DNA from: Patescibacteria group bacterium
Lineage (GTDB): Bacteria > Patescibacteriota > Minisyncoccia > UBA6257 > GWB1-50-10
Assembly (NCBI GenBank): GCA_024239035.1
Contig: JANBVK010000001.1
Location: 42,262 to 106,261 of the forward strand
Reading direction: 5' to 3'
Length of the DNA: 64,000 bases
A program made the translations under genes and the position numbers. The first letter of the stretch is position 1. The number at the start of each line of letters is the position of its first letter. Positions 21,187 to 31,591 of this stretch are shown piece by piece. The notes under the pieces are model-generated. The model saw only the letters and a program-made list of their open reading frames with translations, did not search any database and had not been told where the DNA came from.

Positions 21187-21573
21187 TCACACAAAAGAAA
21201 TTCCCCATTCAATTAATCTAATAATCAACCTAAGCGACCATACAAAGAAATTAGCCACCACCCGGATAATTTCACGAAAACTCACCCCGATATTATCCTC
21301 AAGCCAGTTGTTTATATTATCCCAAACCCCTTGTACATATGAAAAAAACTCACCGGGTGTAAGAACAATTGTAAAGAAAAAGTCTTTAATGTTCTCTAGC
21401 GTCCTTTTTAAAAAAGATCCGCCGCCAACGTCAATATCAACCCGCACTTTACTGAACGTGTCCACTAATTCGGTTACCGGTTCCGGTATGTCTTCTAATG
21501 AAAATTCCTGAGCCAAGCCCATAAATGGAATGCCAATTGCTATTAAAATTATAATTGCGAAGGTTTTAATCAT
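21187..21573 (-). CDS. small secreted/membrane hypothetical protein
   Basis: N-terminal signal-like helix; 4-nt overlap with upstream M23 peptidase gene suggests an operon. Confidence 0.4.
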   Translation of the reverse strand: MIKTFAIIILIAIGIPFMGLAQEFSLEDIPEPVTELVDTFSKVRVDIDVGGGSFLKRTLENIKDFFFTIVLTPGEFFSYVQGVWDNINNWLEDNIGVSFREIIRVVANFFVWSLRLIIRLIEWGISFV

Positions 21574-22937
21574 CTTGCATCATCAAGTGAAGATAATTGT
21601 CTGCTGTTCGGCAGATAATCCGCAGGATCAATAGTTACTCCCACTGGAACAAACCCCGCCGCCGGAGCGATCTTTTTATACTGAATGCTCGGCGCCCAAT
21701 ACAGACCAAAATGAAGGTGCGCCCCGTAAGAGTAGCCTGTGTTGCCTGAGTAGCCAATCAAATCCCCTCTTTGCACAGTATCCCCTTCTTCTACAACAAC
21801 TCGCGAAAGATGCGCATAAAGCGTGCTTAGATTATTCTCGTGTTCAATCACAACATATCTGCCATATTGATATCTTCGCCACCGCGATGTTCCCTTATCA
21901 TTATTGTCCACCGCCGCCACCTTACCGTAAAAAGCGGCTAAAATAGGCGTGCCAAGACGAGCTCTAAAATCAACGCCGGTATGTGTCTTGGTTCGATATG
22001 CCCTTTGGGCAAACTTCGTCGGTCCATAATATTGCGTTATGAGCGGCTCTTCAACCGGAAAACCAATAACACCCGGTCGTTTTAGGGGGAGTAAACTTGG
22101 ATCAAAAGCTGCCCGCAGTTGGTCTTCAAATTCTTCTATTATCCGACTGATCTCTTCCTGTTTTTCATCAATTTCAGCAATCTGGCTCTCATAAACCCTC
22201 TCCTGATTTTTTGTTTGAGCAAGTACCTGATTTTTATAGTCTTTTTGGTCTCGAACAATATACTGCCGGTTTATCAAATTAGAACCTTCAATCTTCTTAT
22301 TCCTTTGCTTGCCCTGCTCCTCACTTAATTTCTGAACCATTTCATATTGAAAATTTCTTAGCTCCTCAGCGCTAACAGTTAAATCGCTATTCAAGGTTAC
22401 AATGGATTGGGCCTCAGAAACGCTCTCTGCTAAGCTCTTATTCTTTAGAAAAATTATCAGTATGTTTTCACGGTCTCTCTGCTGCAGTTCCACCATCAAC
22501 TTCGCAACGGTAGATTTCTTGTTTTGAATGCTCTCCTCAATACTTCTAATATCTCTTCCTAAAGAGGTAATCTCTAAATCAAGTCTTTCTAAAATTAATT
22601 TGTTTGCCTTAATGGAAAGATTGAGCTGGTTGATACTGTAATCAATAGTTCTTATCTCTCTTACAAGCGAGTTTTTTTGTTTGCTTGTCTCTTCTAAGTT
22701 TTTCTCAACCTCTTCCCGCTCTTCCAAAATTTTCTGGAGCAGGGTGTTTCTATTCTCAATCTCCTGCCTTAAGCTCTCAGCAGTAGAACCATTGGGTGTC
22801 ACCTCCTCCGCTGTATCTTCCGAACTGTCCGATGAATCGGCCTGTGAAAAAACCGGGTTCGCAGAAAATAACAAACCCACGACAAGAATGACGGATAATA
22901 AATAACGAAAAGTACGTTTTGTTAATTCTTTATTCAT
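21570..22937 (-). CDS. M23 family metallopeptidase with N-terminal coiled coil (EnvC/LytM-like murein hydrolase or activator)
   Basis: HTGVDF...; C-terminal YAHL...GDTVQRGDLIGYSGNTGYSYGAHLHFGLY; long coiled-coil N-terminal region; signal peptide. Confidence 0.8.
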   Translation of the reverse strand: MNKELTKRTFRYLLSVILVVGLLFSANPVFSQADSSDSSEDTAEEVTPNGSTAESLRQEIENRNTLLQKILEEREEVEKNLEETSKQKNSLVREIRTIDYSINQLNLSIKANKLILERLDLEITSLGRDIRSIEESIQNKKSTVAKLMVELQQRDRENILIIFLKNKSLAESVSEAQSIVTLNSDLTVSAEELRNFQYEMVQKLSEEQGKQRNKKIEGSNLINRQYIVRDQKDYKNQVLAQTKNQERVYESQIAEIDEKQEEISRIIEEFEDQLRAAFDPSLLPLKRPGVIGFPVEEPLITQYYGPTKFAQRAYRTKTHTGVDFRARLGTPILAAFYGKVAAVDNNDKGTSRWRRYQYGRYVVIEHENNLSTLYAHLSRVVVEEGDTVQRGDLIGYSGNTGYSYGAHLHFGLYWAPSIQYKKIAPAAGFVPVGVTIDPADYLPNSRQLSSLDDAR

Positions 22938-22952
22938 AACTCTAATTACTAA

Positions 22953-24734
22953 TTATACCACCTCACTTTGATAACATTGCTCACAGTAAACAACCTCTCC
23001 CCTCTCTGGTGCATAGCTCGTCTCAAATTCGTTGGGACATCTCCCTTCTGGGTGATGACTATGTTTTGCGGTATTCTGGTACATCTCGTAGTCACACACA
23101 CACTGACGGTGCCAGGTCAAAGGCGGATTTCGTAATTCTATTCGTTCCCCATGACGGCAGTTAGGACAAAGACGTGGAAGCGGCAGCTTGAGTTGCTTAT
23201 AGAACGCCAATTCCGAACTGATGATTCGGAATGCTTTCGTGCACGCGTGTTTGCATTCTGCATTGTGTTTGCAACCAACAATCTCTCTCACAACAGAATC
23301 TTCCACTTGCTCAATTGAGTCCGGTAAATCGTCAGGAGCAATCGTCACTTTGTAATCTCGCCTTTCTGGTTCTCTCCACAAATTGTAGCCCCGTTTTTTA
23401 ATCTCTTCTTTTGTGAGTGGAAAATATTCCTGCGCAGTTGTTTCGTTGTAGGCGAACGGGGAAATTTCAATGGGGAAAAATTCTCCATAACTATATTTTC
23501 TTCCGTTATCACCCTCGTATGGCAAATCGCTCATGTGTTTAATGATTTTCTCTCTCAAGGATTCGTATTCTTCTTTGGAGTATTGTTTGTTTAATATGCA
23601 ATATTGCTTCTTTCTTAAACTTACACACCCGAAAATATTTGATGAGCCCATAATTTGAACACCGTAATCAATATCCTGGCTATCATTCAAAACAAACCAG
23701 CTCCCTCGCACTCTGGAAATACCGTTCCCCCCTTGTAACACTTCATACGACAACTCTGTTCCCGCACCGAATTGCGAAATATCGTAACAATCTTTTGTGG
23801 TCGGAGCCACCTGATACTGCAAATACTTATTATCTTCTCCGTCATATACAATCCATGAATTGTAGGTGTTCTTTGAATTGTAAATGTAATCTCCAGAAAC
23901 ATTAATGTTTTGGATGCCATGTATATATTTGTGAATGCTTTTGCCCCAAAATTCTTTGCTTCTTGCCTTATGTTTTGCAATATTAAGGTACGATGTGAGA
24001 TTAAACTGCTTCAACTTCTTTTCGTAATCCTCTTTCGTATACGGCTTGTTAAAAATGTGGTACTTTTGGTTTCTTAAATTCGTGCATCCGAAACAGGACT
24101 GACATCCATGAAGGTCGCGAGAAAACCATACATCGCTGCATGCTTTGCAATCCTGAGACCAAAGCGTCTGATAGCACTTATGACAATTAATTACCTCGTA
24201 GCACAACTCTGATTCGCTCACTAAATTAGTGTCAACACAGTTTTTTGATTTCTCAAGTTCGCAACCATAAGAACAATCTTCATCAAAATCTGAATCGGTA
24301 AGCAGATAACAATTCTTTAAATCAAGCACCATATTGTTATAAGGGCTATTAAGCATTCTTGATTCATCTACTACGAAATTCGCTATAATTGGCACTCGCT
24401 TTAGGAGTGCGTCGAATTGCTCAAAAAAAGATTTATTAAAATCGTATTCGGTCCCATATTCCAAAGGATCCCATTTATCTGACCACCAACAAGACTGGCA
24501 ATACACAATATAAGGGCTGTCTTTGTGGTAGATGGAAATTACATCTTTCTCGCATCGACTACACTTCCGCTTAAAAAGCGTCCTGTCGTTACGGAAAGAA
24601 AACCGCCTCTGCATTCTGCAATGAAAGCAAAATGTCGGTGCCGGCACTTTTATCTTCTCGTAGAACGCAAAATCGTCCGGTTCAATTGTGAACTCGGATT
24701 TACAATTCTGACACTGTTTCTTCTCTTGATTCAT
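22953..24734 (-). CDS. cysteine-rich protein with terminal zinc-ribbon-like repeats, hypothetical
   Basis: N-terminal CQNCKSEFTIEPDDFAFYEKIKVPAPTFCFHCRMQRR mirrored by C-terminal CTKAFRIISSELAFYKQLKLPLPRLCPNCRHGER; internal repeat C..LRNQKYHIFNKPYTKEDYEKKLK / CVSLRKKQYCILNKQYSKEEYESLREKI. Confidence 0.6.
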   Translation of the reverse strand: MNQEKKQCQNCKSEFTIEPDDFAFYEKIKVPAPTFCFHCRMQRRFSFRNDRTLFKRKCSRCEKDVISIYHKDSPYIVYCQSCWWSDKWDPLEYGTEYDFNKSFFEQFDALLKRVPIIANFVVDESRMLNSPYNNMVLDLKNCYLLTDSDFDEDCSYGCELEKSKNCVDTNLVSESELCYEVINCHKCYQTLWSQDCKACSDVWFSRDLHGCQSCFGCTNLRNQKYHIFNKPYTKEDYEKKLKQFNLTSYLNIAKHKARSKEFWGKSIHKYIHGIQNINVSGDYIYNSKNTYNSWIVYDGEDNKYLQYQVAPTTKDCYDISQFGAGTELSYEVLQGGNGISRVRGSWFVLNDSQDIDYGVQIMGSSNIFGCVSLRKKQYCILNKQYSKEEYESLREKIIKHMSDLPYEGDNGRKYSYGEFFPIEISPFAYNETTAQEYFPLTKEEIKKRGYNLWREPERRDYKVTIAPDDLPDSIEQVEDSVVREIVGCKHNAECKHACTKAFRIISSELAFYKQLKLPLPRLCPNCRHGERIELRNPPLTWHRQCVCDYEMYQNTAKHSHHPEGRCPNEFETSYAPERGEVVYCEQCYQSEVV

Positions 24735-24744
24735 AGCTCAAAGT

Positions 24745-26175
24745 TCATGAATCTAATTTCTTAATCGCTTCATTTATTCTTTTCACCGTTTCGATTTTCC
24801 CCAGAACGCCTAGAATTTCTAAGGGCCCCGGCGATGCCGCTTGCCCGGATAACGCAACCCGGAGAGGCCACAACACGTCTCCCCTGCCCTCCCGCTCAGC
24901 AAAAGCCATAACCCGATTTTCTACCCTCTTTTTAAAAGATGAACCGGACGGAATGCTCTTAACTATCTCCAATACACCCCTTAAATTAGCTAAGGTTATC
25001 TTCGCGTCTGTTTTTCCCCAAATAAGCATCTCCTTCTTATAAGCCGGCAGCTTAAAGAAAAATTTTACTATTCCCGAAAACTCCTTCAAATTTTTTATTC
25101 TCCCTTTCTCCACTTCTAAAATTCTAATAAGCAGTTTTTTCTTACTAAGCTGCGCCGAAGTAACAAAAGGCTTTAGATAAACTAATAATTCTTCGGTCGG
25201 AAGCTGTCTGATGTAGTAAGTATTCAACCAGTCCAATTTTTCCTTATTAAACGCTGCGCCTCCTTTCTGAACCCGCTCCAAACTAAACTCCTTAATCATC
25301 TCCGGCACGCTCAACACTTCCCTATCCTGCTCCGGATGCCACCCCAAAAGAACCAAAAAATTGAGCACCGCTTGAGGCAAATAACCCATTTTTTTGTAAT
25401 CACCTAAAGATATATCCAACTTACGCTTGGATAGTTTCCTTCGGTCCGGCCCTAAAATCAAAGGGAGATGAGCAAACGTCGGATGGCTAAAACCAAGCGC
25501 CTCCTGAATTACAATCTGCTTCGGCGTGTTACTTAAATGGTCTTCACCTCTTATTACCTGATTCGCTCCCATCTCCACATCATCCACCGCCGCCGCAAAA
25601 TTATAGAGCGGTTTCTTTAAACCTTTTGCAATAATAATGTCCCCGAATAATCCGGTATCAAACTCAACTCTGCCTCTTACAATATCGTTAATAACTACCC
25701 GCTTGTCAGGCATTTTAAAGCGAATAACAGCCGAATCCCCTCTTCTCAAGCGCAGAGCAACCTCTTTCTCAGTAAGCGGCAGGCATCGTCCGCCGTACTT
25801 CGGAGCCAATCCTTGACTCAACTGCGCCTGGCGCTCCGCCTCAAGCTCCTCCGGAGTGCAAAAACAATAGTACGCTCTTTTTTCTTTAAGAAGTTTTTGC
25901 AGATGACCCTCATAGATATCCAATCGCTCACTCTGCCGAATAAGTTTTTCATCCCATTCAAGTCCAAGCCACTTTAAACTGTCTAAAATATCTTTCTCAA
26001 ACTTTTTCTTGGAACGCTCCTTGTCAGTATCCTCAATTCGCAGCAAAAACTTTCCTCCCTCGTGCCGGGCAAAAAGCCAGTTAAACAAGGCGGTACGGGC
26101 ATTCCCTATACTGAAAGGTCCGGTCGGCGAAGGCGCAAACCGCACCCTCGCGGGCTTTTTAGGGTCAGGATTCAT
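24745..26175 (-). CDS. gltX: glutamyl-tRNA synthetase
   Basis: RVRFAPSPTGPFSIGNARTALFNWLFAR...GGKFLLRIEDTDKERS class I GluRS N-terminus; KLSKR (KMSKS-like). Confidence 0.9.
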   Translation of the reverse strand: MNPDPKKPARVRFAPSPTGPFSIGNARTALFNWLFARHEGGKFLLRIEDTDKERSKKKFEKDILDSLKWLGLEWDEKLIRQSERLDIYEGHLQKLLKEKRAYYCFCTPEELEAERQAQLSQGLAPKYGGRCLPLTEKEVALRLRRGDSAVIRFKMPDKRVVINDIVRGRVEFDTGLFGDIIIAKGLKKPLYNFAAAVDDVEMGANQVIRGEDHLSNTPKQIVIQEALGFSHPTFAHLPLILGPDRRKLSKRKLDISLGDYKKMGYLPQAVLNFLVLLGWHPEQDREVLSVPEMIKEFSLERVQKGGAAFNKEKLDWLNTYYIRQLPTEELLVYLKPFVTSAQLSKKKLLIRILEVEKGRIKNLKEFSGIVKFFFKLPAYKKEMLIWGKTDAKITLANLRGVLEIVKSIPSGSSFKKRVENRVMAFAEREGRGDVLWPLRVALSGQAASPGPLEILGVLGKIETVKRINEAIKKLDS

Positions 26176-26288
26176 CCCCCTTATTATGCCACAATTCGGC
26201 TATTCTTAGGAAAACTATTACTCTAAGATGGATAAAAAAATGCCCCAGCGGTTAAAAAACCCGCCGAGGCACGATACTACATACTAGC

Positions 26289-26897
26289 TCACGTCACCTG
26301 CGTACTTAGACGTCGCTGGCGGCGTTGCCGTTGAAATTCTTCGCCGCTGGCCAGTAAATTGGCAAGCTCTATTTCTTCATCGCTGAAGTGGGACATGAAC
26401 TCGTGAACGAGATCTGGGAGCTGCGAAAAATGGTTATGACGAATGAATTGTCCGAAAGCTCGTCGGGCAACCCGGCCCCGAAACTCTTCCTCGTGGGCAC
26501 GCTCCTCACGGGCAATTTCAAGGGCTGACCCTACATCGTAGTTGGGGTGCTCAAGAGTGTGTTCGCTGCAGCGGACCGCCGCCTCGTAGATACGTTTGCC
26601 TAGTTTGTACTCTCGCGCAATCTTGAGCGCATCCCACGGCCGCTTCTCAAGAACACTCGCATACCACGTATCAATAATCCATCGGTAATCTATCCTGTGC
26701 TCCCGGGCGTAGCGCACAGCAACGGCATACTGCCCCTCCTCCACGTGCTCCCGCATCTTTGAGACGCGGGATTCTGTTGCGAGCTCTACATCACCCGTTG
26801 CCTCAGCAAAGAGAGCTAAGACATCGAGGTCATCGGTGTGAGTTTCAAGAATCTCCTGCAACTGCTCATGCGCTGCCATCATAAACCTCCATTTCAA
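26289..26897 (-). CDS. hypothetical protein, strongly GC-rich (likely acquired)
   Basis: 202-aa ORF with no recognisable motif; composition contrasts with neighbours. Confidence 0.4.
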   Translation of the reverse strand: MKWRFMMAAHEQLQEILETHTDDLDVLALFAEATGDVELATESRVSKMREHVEEGQYAVAVRYAREHRIDYRWIIDTWYASVLEKRPWDALKIAREYKLGKRIYEAAVRCSEHTLEHPNYDVGSALEIAREERAHEEEFRGRVARRAFGQFIRHNHFSQLPDLVHEFMSHFSDEEIELANLLASGEEFQRQRRQRRLSTQVT

Positions 26898-26961
26898 AAA
26901 TCATAAATGTTCTGCTAAGCAAAAATTAGCACCTCCGTGCTAATTTATCAACCCCGCCCCG

Positions 26962-28122
26962 CTACCTTACAAACTCCACAATCTGTCTTGCAATAATCTC
27001 GGCCGCCTCCGGCTTTGCGAAATTCCTTGCCGCCTCAGACATTCTCCGAACGGCTTCCGCATCTTTTAATAAATTCTCTATCTGAATCCGAACTACGTTA
27101 AACGTAAAATTTGTCTCTTCAATAACCACAGCCGCTCCCCCACGGGCATACTCATAAGCATTTATCCGTTGATGATCACTCGCCGCCTCGGGAAGCGGAA
27201 TGAGAATTGATGGTTTGCCGAAAGAGGCCACTTCAAAAATCGCGCCTGACCCCGCCCGAGACACAACAACATTTGCAGCAGTAAGCACGATTTTAGAACG
27301 CTCGGCATCAAGGAAACCCGCAAACTGATAACGGCCCTGAAGATCCCCCTTATCCTTAAAGAAAAATTTAACGAATTCCTGTGCCTCCTTAATATTCCCC
27401 TCCCCCACTAAATGAAAGACTTGGGTAACGTTAAGAAATCCCTCCAGATTATCAAAAACAAAAGTATTTAACCTAGCGGCGCCCTGTGACCCTCCCAAAA
27501 AAAGAACCAAAGGCTTTTTTGAGTCAAACCTAAGGCGTGCCTTAGCTCCTTCCATATCCGGCGGTCGGTTCAAAAAAAGTTCGTGTCTTATTGGGTTGCC
27601 CACCAGGGTGGTTTTAGACGCCTTAAAGTAGGACGCCGCAGTTTTGAAAGCTATAAAAATACGCTTGGTAAAAATTGCCGATATTTTATTAGTTAAACCC
27701 GGCACTGCATCGGACTCGTGAATTATAACCGGAATGAAATAAAAACGAGCGGCTAAAACAACAGCGAGCGCCCCCGGTCCCCCTTTTGAGAAAATTACAT
27801 CCGGCATTAAAAAGTAGAGCCGAAAAAGCGCCTGAAAAAAACTGAAGAAGAACTTAGGAATGTCTATAAAATTAGCCAGCGCAAAATAGCGCCTTAGCTT
27901 GCTTGAGGCAACCCTGTAAACCTGAATATCCCTTTTCACAAACTCTTCGTTCAATGTGTGTTTCGTTCCTAAATACAAAATCTCCACCTCTCCTTGGGTC
28001 ATTCTCTTAATCTCGTCGGCTACGGCAAGTAAAGGGTAAATATGTCCTCCCGTACCCCCGCCAGTTAGTAAAATTCTTTTCTTCATACGTCCGGTTAAAT
28101 CACCTTCTATACTTTGAAACAT
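26962..28122 (-). CDS. murG: undecaprenyldiphospho-muramoylpentapeptide beta-N-acetylglucosaminyltransferase
   Basis: KRILLTGGGTGGHIYPLLAVADE N-terminal G-loop; GT28 C-terminal region. Confidence 0.9.
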   Translation of the reverse strand: MFQSIEGDLTGRMKKRILLTGGGTGGHIYPLLAVADEIKRMTQGEVEILYLGTKHTLNEEFVKRDIQVYRVASSKLRRYFALANFIDIPKFFFSFFQALFRLYFLMPDVIFSKGGPGALAVVLAARFYFIPVIIHESDAVPGLTNKISAIFTKRIFIAFKTAASYFKASKTTLVGNPIRHELFLNRPPDMEGAKARLRFDSKKPLVLFLGGSQGAARLNTFVFDNLEGFLNVTQVFHLVGEGNIKEAQEFVKFFFKDKGDLQGRYQFAGFLDAERSKIVLTAANVVVSRAGSGAIFEVASFGKPSILIPLPEAASDHQRINAYEYARGGAAVVIEETNFTFNVVRIQIENLLKDAEAVRRMSEAARNFAKPEAAEIIARQIVEFVR

Positions 28123-29206
28123 TAACGATAATGCCGCTCATCGTCAAAAAAACAGCCAAAGAGGTTCCCCCAAAACTGATAAAAGGCAGAGGGACACCGG
28201 TTAAAGGAATAAGTCCCGAGACGGCAGCGATGTTGATAAAGGCCTGAACACCTATAAGCGACGAAAACCCCGTGACAATAAGCCGCCCGAAATTATCGGG
28301 CGCGGATCTGGCAATTCTCAAGCCCCGCCAAACCAAAAAAAGGAATATTGTAATGAGAAGAGCGGCGCCGACAAAACCAAACTCTTCCGCGATTACGGCA
28401 AAAATTGAATCTCCAATCTGTTCAGGTAAATACCTCAGTTTTGCGGTTGAATTTCCATAACCTACTCCAAGCAGTCCCCCGGAACCAATTGCAGTTAAAG
28501 ACTGGTCAATGTGGTACCCCGCTTCTAATCGGTCAACTTCTGGATTAAAAAAACTTATCACTCTCTCCAAACGATACGGCGTAATATAAATTATAACCGA
28601 GAGAGCCAAACCGGCTAAAAGAATGGCGGCAATTACAAACCTAAAATGAGCACCAGCGGTAAAGTACGTGATAAGAGCGGCTGCAAAAATGATAACTGCC
28701 GTTGTTGTGGAAGGCTGGAAAATTATAAGCAGCGTTACTACGCCCACCAGAATAAGAAAAGGGAAAAACCCTTCAACTAAACTCTTGCCTCTTTTCTGAC
28801 TCTTACTAAGCCAAGCAGATAAATATATAAGAAAAGTTAATTTTAAAATTTCGGCCGGCTGAATGGTAGATCCGCCGAAAGTCAACCACCTTGCCGCCCC
28901 CTTAACGGTCAAGCCCAGCGGAGAGAGCACTAAAATCAGCATCAGTATTGTAAGAGCTAAAAGAAACATTGACCACTTCTCCAAGCGGCGATAAAACACG
29001 AACGTCCCCAGAATAAATCCGCTTATCCCCGCCGAGAGACCGTACAAAATTTGGTGGTTTAAATAGTGATAACTGTTGTTAAATCTGGTCTGAGCTAAAT
29101 CAGAAGAAGCACTTGTGAGCATTACTAATCCGAAAATAACAAGTATCACTACAAGACCAATGAAAACGTAGTCTGGGGATGAAGTTACTCTAGTTTTATA
29201 GCGCAT
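28100..29206 (-). CDS. ftsW: SEDS-family peptidoglycan glycosyltransferase (FtsW/RodA)
   Basis: 10-TM profile; conserved C-terminal PLPFISFGGTSL motif. Confidence 0.85.
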   Translation of the reverse strand: MRYKTRVTSSPDYVFIGLVVILVIFGLVMLTSASSDLAQTRFNNSYHYLNHQILYGLSAGISGFILGTFVFYRRLEKWSMFLLALTILMLILVLSPLGLTVKGAARWLTFGGSTIQPAEILKLTFLIYLSAWLSKSQKRGKSLVEGFFPFLILVGVVTLLIIFQPSTTTAVIIFAAALITYFTAGAHFRFVIAAILLAGLALSVIIYITPYRLERVISFFNPEVDRLEAGYHIDQSLTAIGSGGLLGVGYGNSTAKLRYLPEQIGDSIFAVIAEEFGFVGAALLITIFLFLVWRGLRIARSAPDNFGRLIVTGFSSLIGVQAFINIAAVSGLIPLTGVPLPFISFGGTSLAVFLTMSGIIVNVSKYRR

Positions 29207-29207
29207 A

Positions 29208-30752
29208 TCACTTACTGGCCCTCAAAACGTTTCCTGCTAAAACTTTTTTGAAATTTCCCTGCTCCAACGCTAACTGACCATTCACTAACACGTCGCTGGG
29301 TCCGTCATCACGCAAAACCACAATATCAGCGTAGTTGTCTTCTTTAATTAATCCCCTCTTCTCAATTTTATACTTCCCGGCCGGCAAGGAAGTAACTTTG
29401 GCTATCGCTTTCTCCATTGAAATCTTCTTTTCCTTTTTCACCCACTTGATAAATTCGGTAAAAACCCGCGACTCACACCCGCTTTTTGAATCGGCGGGTT
29501 TACTCTGAGTCTGCCCGCCCTGAGGTATCTCGAGGGGTCGAATGGGCAGGCCCACTTCCCCTGAGGCAATAAAAGAATAAGACGAGGTCAAAAACCCCTC
29601 TAAAAGTCCAACATCAACAAGCCTGTGAAAAAGAACTGCCCTAAGATGAGAAAGTTTCATCAGTTTCAAGAGTGCCTCGTCAGACCTAAAATTATTGCCT
29701 CCAGCATACTCTTCTAAAGATTTTCCAACAAGAAACTTCAAGGATTTATCAACATGACAAATATAAACGTCCTCCGGGGAAACTTTCCTGAAGTGCGCCA
29801 AGAGTTTTTTCTCTAAATGATCTGAATTAACGCGACGGAGCATCGCCTCCAAATTACCCTTCTTTGCCCAGTCCGGTAGAAATTGGTAAATCGGCACAGC
29901 CAACTTATCAGAAGGATAACAGTCAAAATTAATGGAAGTTTCGGCCATCTCCCTCTCTATAACTTCTTTGGCTTTTAAGTAGTTTTTGTCAAATCCTTTT
30001 AGCGGTTGGAAGTGGCTAATCTCAATATTTGCCCCCGTAAGTTTCGCAATATCGATAACTTCCTGAAAAGATTTCTTCAGGCCGTTTCCTAACTCCCTTA
30101 AATGAGTAGCGTAAACCCGTTTTTCTTTTGCTGTGACTTGAACGAGCTCAGCAATCTCGTGGTGGGGAACCATTTTTGAGTGGACATACTCCAAACCGGT
30201 GGAGAAACCGTAGGCGCCATCCTTAAAAGCTTGGGTGAGAGTTTCCTTAAGGATTTCGAGCTCGCTGTCTGTTAAATCTCTGGGAGTTTCACCGGTAAGC
30301 GCCCGCCTAATCGTTGAATGACCCACTAAAGTGCCAAAGTTGACGCCCAATCCCTGCTTCTCAAGAGTTAAAAAAAATTCAGCTAAGCTGTGCCAATTAA
30401 TGTTTATTTCTGATACATTTCCCCATTTACGAATGGGGGCCAAAGAGCCGCTAAAGAGCGGCGCAAGCGATGCCCCGCAGTTCCCGCCAATAACAGTAGT
30501 AACTCCCTGCCTGATATAACCCTCCAGCGTGCTGTCGGTAAAAATATTAAGGTAGTGATCAAGAGAGGCGTTAATGTCAATAAAACCGGGAGTAACAATT
30601 GCGCCGACCGCATCAACAATCAAATCCGCCTGTCTTTTCGGCATATTATCCGAAATGCGCACAATCCTCTCTCCCCGCACAAGAATATCTTTTTTAACCG
30701 GTGTCTCCCCGCTTCCGTCATAAACAAGACCGTTTTTAATGAGAACAGTCAT
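29208..30752 (-). CDS. amidohydrolase family protein (N-acyl-D-amino-acid deacylase-like)
   Basis: ILVRGERIVRI...ADLIVDAVGAIVTPGFIDIN N-terminus typical of the amidohydrolase-3 / D-aminoacylase group. Confidence 0.65.
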   Translation of the reverse strand: MTVLIKNGLVYDGSGETPVKKDILVRGERIVRISDNMPKRQADLIVDAVGAIVTPGFIDINASLDHYLNIFTDSTLEGYIRQGVTTVIGGNCGASLAPLFSGSLAPIRKWGNVSEININWHSLAEFFLTLEKQGLGVNFGTLVGHSTIRRALTGETPRDLTDSELEILKETLTQAFKDGAYGFSTGLEYVHSKMVPHHEIAELVQVTAKEKRVYATHLRELGNGLKKSFQEVIDIAKLTGANIEISHFQPLKGFDKNYLKAKEVIEREMAETSINFDCYPSDKLAVPIYQFLPDWAKKGNLEAMLRRVNSDHLEKKLLAHFRKVSPEDVYICHVDKSLKFLVGKSLEEYAGGNNFRSDEALLKLMKLSHLRAVLFHRLVDVGLLEGFLTSSYSFIASGEVGLPIRPLEIPQGGQTQSKPADSKSGCESRVFTEFIKWVKKEKKISMEKAIAKVTSLPAGKYKIEKRGLIKEDNYADIVVLRDDGPSDVLVNGQLALEQGNFKKVLAGNVLRASK

Positions 30753-31020
30753 AACCTTATCTTACATTATCGGTTCCATTAAGTCCCTGTTAATCTTATC
30801 CAGCCTTATAGAACTCAGCGCTGATTTCACCAGTCTTAACAAGAATCTGTTTATCTGGTATAAGTATTTTAGCTCCGAGTAAATCATTCTAACCCAGGTG
30901 GAGAAGTAAACGGTGTTCTGTAGCTGTTGTATGCCCTCGGGTCCATCCTGAGAGCAAAATCACTTCCACTTCACGTTTGCACTTGAGTGAAAACGAGGAA
31001 GGATTAGGAAGGAGTAACAC

Positions 31021-31290
31021 ATGTTCAGAACGATTAAAGAAGGTCTTGGGGTCTACAAGCGAGAGCTCGGTAGATACAGGTGTTGGCTCTACAGGCTGCG
31101 ATCTGACTTCCCGAGATTATTTAGATCAGGAAGGTTCGGAGTCTTGGAGTTAGATGACGCAGACCGTGAGAGATATACCCACTGGAACGCCAAGCTCCGC
31201 GGTATGATTCTCTCTCTAGGACTCACAAAGAAAGAGGTAATAATGATTAACGAGGAGGTTGGTCTTGGTCCTCCTCTGGCTACAACCTGA
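31021..31290 (+). CDS. small hypothetical protein in GC-rich patch
   Basis: RBS GGAGG 8 nt before ATG; terminator hairpin gcccgctcag-taacc-tgagcgggc plus T-rich run at 31298-31330. Confidence 0.4.
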   Translation: MFRTIKEGLGVYKRELGRYRCWLYRLRSDFPRLFRSGRFGVLELDDADRERYTHWNAKLRGMILSLGLTKKEVIMINEEVGLGPPLATT

Positions 31291-31385
31291 TCCTCCACCG
31301 GGGTTTCGCGCCCGCTCAGTAACCTGAGCGGGCTTTCTCTTTTACGCAAAGGCAAGAAAAAGAAAATGCTCGCGAGGTCTTAACC

Positions 31386-31565
31386 TCAACGAGCACTTTG
31401 ATCACTATCAGGGGATTCTAGATCTCCCAATAAAAACTCCTGTTCACATTCGGTACACTGACCAGTATTGGTCCCCTTGATTGGATAAACCAACCCTCCA
31501 CAATCCGGGCAGGGTTCCTGCTTAACAACAAGGTTTTCTCGTTGTTTTCTCTCTGATTCTGCCAT
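31386..31565 (-). CDS. 59-aa zinc-ribbon protein (CPDCGG...CTEC)
   Basis: Hand-translated: MAESERKQRENLVVKQEPCPDCGGLVYPIKGTNTGQCTECEQEFLLGDLESPDSDQSAR; below the ORF-track length cutoff. Confidence 0.35.
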   Translation of the reverse strand: MAESERKQRENLVVKQEPCPDCGGLVYPIKGTNTGQCTECEQEFLLGDLESPDSDQSAR

Positions 31566-31591
31566 AGAAACCTCCTTCGCTGTTCATCCGC

